Source: a virus
Taxonomy: Duplodnaviria; Heunggongvirae; Uroviricota; Caudoviricetes
DNA length: 45,810 bases
Reading direction: 5' to 3' (one strand)
Virus record (IMG/VR): IMGVR_UViG_2521172732_000010
Shown: positions 43,521-45,810 of the stretch, piece by piece
Position numbering within the stretch: the stretch's first letter is position 1
Layout of the letters: each line of letters opens with the position of its first letter
Notes under the pieces: generated by a model
The model's database searches: none
Seen by the model: the letters and a program-made list of their open reading frames with translations, nothing else
Told to the model about the DNA's origin: nothing
Translations under genes and position numbers: made by a program

Positions 43521-44027
43521 TCAGGAGTTATCCTGAGCTTTTTTATTAACGTTATTAAATGCCAGGTCTGTTAATTTGACATCAGTAGCTTTTTCCTCTT
43601 CCAGTGTTTCTTTCAGGAGTTTAGCCGCTTTTTTATATCCTAATTGCTCAGCGAGTGTTACCAAAGTGCCATAACTGGCAATTTCATAGTGCTCTACTTT
43701 TTGTGCTGCAGCAATCAATGCAGCATCACGTACTTCATTTTTATCAGTGCTTTCAATTACCTCATTCGCCTCTTCGATAAGTCCTTCCATTGCGGCACAC
43801 TTAATTCTTTTCAATTTAAGACCATCTTCAGAATCAACAACCTGATCGATGCGTTCAATTTGACCATGTGTCTCATCAAGATGTGACTGAAAAGCAGCGG
43901 TTAATTTATCACTATATGCAGAGCGACTAAGTTTAGACAGTGCCTTTGTTAGTTGTTTCTCAGCGCTGTATGTATCCGATAATAAGTGGATGAAGATATC
44001 TTCAACAGATTTAATTTGCATAATCAC
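43521..44027 (-). CDS. yciF: YciF-like ferritin-like (DUF892) stress protein
   Basis: 168-aa ORF ...SVEDIFIHLLSDTYSAEKQLTKALSKL...; start codon uncertain. Confidence 0.8.
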   Translation of the reverse strand: MIMQIKSVEDIFIHLLSDTYSAEKQLTKALSKLSRSAYSDKLTAAFQSHLDETHGQIERIDQVVDSEDGLKLKRIKCAAMEGLIEEANEVIESTDKNEVRDAALIAAAQKVEHYEIASYGTLVTLAEQLGYKKAAKLLKETLEEEKATDVKLTDLAFNNVNKKAQDNS

Positions 44028-44099
44028 TCCAGAGTTTTCACTGCGAGCCCGTAGGCTCGCAGTTAGCTTCAGTTATTCACGAATGTAGGGGGTGATAAA

Positions 44100-44282
44100 T
44101 TAAGAGCCAGATTTACGGCCGCCACCATGGCTATTCTGACCACCTTTTTTCCCTGCTTCTGATGCTCTTTGTGGATCGTTTTTAAAATTACCGCCACTAT
44201 GTTGGCCGCCTTTACTACCAGCGTCAGAAGCTTTTTGTCGATCTTCAGCGAAATTACCTGCACCGCCACGATGTTCGGTCAT
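44100..44282 (-). CDS. yciG: YciG-like KGG-repeat general stress protein
   Basis: 60-aa Gly-rich ORF with repeated KGGQ-type motifs. Confidence 0.75.
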   Translation of the reverse strand: MTEHRGGAGNFAEDRQKASDAGSKGGQHSGGNFKNDPQRASEAGKKGGQNSHGGGRKSGS

Positions 44283-44724
44283 ATCATTTCTCCTCTGATT
44301 TTCAAATTGTAAATAACATGTGCCTTGTCAGCACCCAATTAACTCTAGTAACAAATAAGAAAGTGTCAAATAAGAGATTGGTATGCGCATCTTAATGTGA
44401 GAAATAGCAATTGTAAAAATGTGTACTCAGTGAGTATAATCTATTGATATCTTGGTGATTAACGGAAAGTTTAGGTTGTAACTCAAAAGATTAATAAATC
44501 TAAATTTACATTTCTATATCTTTTGATGTGTATGGCGTTGTTTTTCTCAATCAGAACATTCTAAAAAATAATTTAATTACACGGCGGTAGTTGTTAATGT
44601 TTTTACGACTCTTCCTAATGAAGTCTGTTTCTTGGATAAATAGAGAAATTTTATCTTAAGGACTAATTACAAAAACATCTATATAGCCACAGGAATCATT
44701 ATTGTACTTAACTACAATATTTGA

Positions 44725-44774
44725 GAGTAAAAATTAAACCGCAGACACGGCGTATGCAAGAACGTGCTGCGGTT
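44725..44774 (-). terminator. intrinsic terminator downstream of the methyltransferase gene
   Basis: Minus-strand hairpin aaccgcagcacg...cgtgtctgcggtt followed by taattttt. Confidence 0.6.
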
Positions 44775-44779
44775 GGATG

Positions 44780-45448
44780 CTATTTTTTCCCTGAAGCGGA
44801 AAACATTACTACAGTACCTTGAACCTTGGTTTTAACATTCTCGAAATGCTCTGAGAGTATATGTGTTAAGCCTTCTTCGGAATCTTTTGTGTTTGAAAAG
44901 ATGCCTTTCTGATTGTAAATGCGCATCAGTTTTTGACCGAAGCTATTGTGCACAACTCCATCGCCAAGAATTGTGGCTCCGTATAGAGTTCCATCGTCAG
45001 TTAAGGCCTGCGCCGCATTGCGTATTACACAGCTTTTTGTAGATATATTTCCAGGCAGGCAGTGAAGAAGGTAAAACATGGAAATGGAATCAAATTGACC
45101 ATGTAACGCCGCGGGATAAGGTTCAAAAACATCATGGCTAATTTTATGTTTAATTTTTGATTCCCCAGCCCTTGTAGATGCCGCGTTCAGGCTAGCTTCG
45201 TTCAAATCCATTAAAGATATCAGACTACTCTCAGGTACGTGAGTAAGGTAAAACCCAGTTCCAACACCAATATCCAGATGGTTGTTACCTAAATGTTCCA
45301 GAAAGTGTGGAAGAAGGTGTTCCTTTGTAGGACATCCCCATGCAAGACGATTTGATACTCCCAAAACCCACCAGTCATAAAGCTTTAGGGTAAGTGGTGT
45401 GTAAATTTTAGCCCCATCATCTGTGTTTTTTTTCATTAATTTCACCAT
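44780..45448 (-). CDS. class I SAM-dependent methyltransferase (substrate unknown)
   Basis: 222-aa ORF with motif I LDIGVGTGF. Confidence 0.65.
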   Translation of the reverse strand: MVKLMKKNTDDGAKIYTPLTLKLYDWWVLGVSNRLAWGCPTKEHLLPHFLEHLGNNHLDIGVGTGFYLTHVPESSLISLMDLNEASLNAASTRAGESKIKHKISHDVFEPYPAALHGQFDSISMFYLLHCLPGNISTKSCVIRNAAQALTDDGTLYGATILGDGVVHNSFGQKLMRIYNQKGIFSNTKDSEEGLTHILSEHFENVKTKVQGTVVMFSASGKK

Positions 45449-45504
45449 GTTATAGTTTTATTTGTGAATTAAATCAATTATGGCGATGAATTACAAGGGG
45501 TTAA

Positions 45505-45810
45505 ATGCTGCCGCAGCATAGCGATATTGAAATAGCCTGGTATGCTGCGATACAGCAGGAGCCGAATGGCTGGAAGACCGTCACCACACAGTTCTACATC
45601 CAGGAATTCAGTGAGTATATTGCGCCACTGCAGGATGCTGTAGATCTGGAAATCGCAACGGAGGAAGAAAGATCGTTGCTGGAGGCATGGAATAAATATC
45701 GGGTATTGTTGAATCGTGTTGATACATCAGTAGCTCTGGGTATGAAGCTGTTTGTAACTCATGTTACAGTAATGGCTATTACTATCTCGAAGGTGCAAAA
45801 TGTATATTGA
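45505..45810 (+). pseudogene. truncated tail fibre assembly (tfa) C-terminal remnant
   Basis: Contains ...[37 protein letters not shown], about 90 percent identical at DNA level to 41788-41907 of tfa, but lacks the tfa N-terminal region and has a divergent tail. Confidence 0.6.
45610..45729 (+). repeat. about 120-bp direct repeat of tfa 41788-41907
   Basis: agtgag(c/t)atattgcgccact(t/g)caggatgctgtagatctggaaatcgcaacggaggaagaaa... present at both positions in the same orientation. Confidence 0.85.

Noticed and set aside
45601-45612. EcoRI site (gaattc) at the edge of the second tfa-homology block, considered as a cloning junction of a lambda vector
   Set aside because: Homology to tfa continues with mismatches on both sides of the site, the int and immunity regions are not those of standard lambda vectors, and a 6-mer is expected by chance.

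Overview
The window is almost entirely one lambda-like (lambdoid) prophage laid out in prophage gene order. All gene identifications are from my own recognition of the translated ORFs against remembered lambda, P22 and phage-21 family proteins; no database search was run. From the left: a lambda-family integrase and excisionase (the left att site lies outside the window); an IS903-type insertion sequence with an intact 9-bp target duplication that splits a small phage ORF; the lambda early-left block (orf61/63/60a, exo, bet, gam, kil, cIII, ea10, ral, sieB); a P22-type immunity region (N-like antiterminator, C2-type repressor, Cro, C1/cII-like) with paired nutL/nutR sites and operator repeats; lambda O (with the ori iterons), P, ren and a nin region carrying an extra DNA adenine methyltransferase; a phage-21-type Q antiterminator followed by a promoter/terminator, two tandem tRNA genes, a pinholin, a ydfR-like ORF and a SAR endolysin; lambda Rz/Rz1, bor and cos; and the full lambda head and tail gene set from Nu1 to tfa. 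Right of tfa is a lower-GC cargo cassette (katN-yciE-yciF-yciG stress operon plus a SAM-dependent methyltransferase) ending in a truncated second tfa copy. The most notable observation is that six phage genes are interrupted: an in-frame TAA in major capsid gene E, and single-base frame changes, all in homopolymer runs, in Q, W, L, stf and the long-form gam start. This is either a decaying defective prophage or a set of homopolymer sequencing errors, and I cannot distinguish the two from sequence alone. I found no convincing previously undescribed system; the cargo cassette and a small antisense ORF between holin and endolysin are the best leads.
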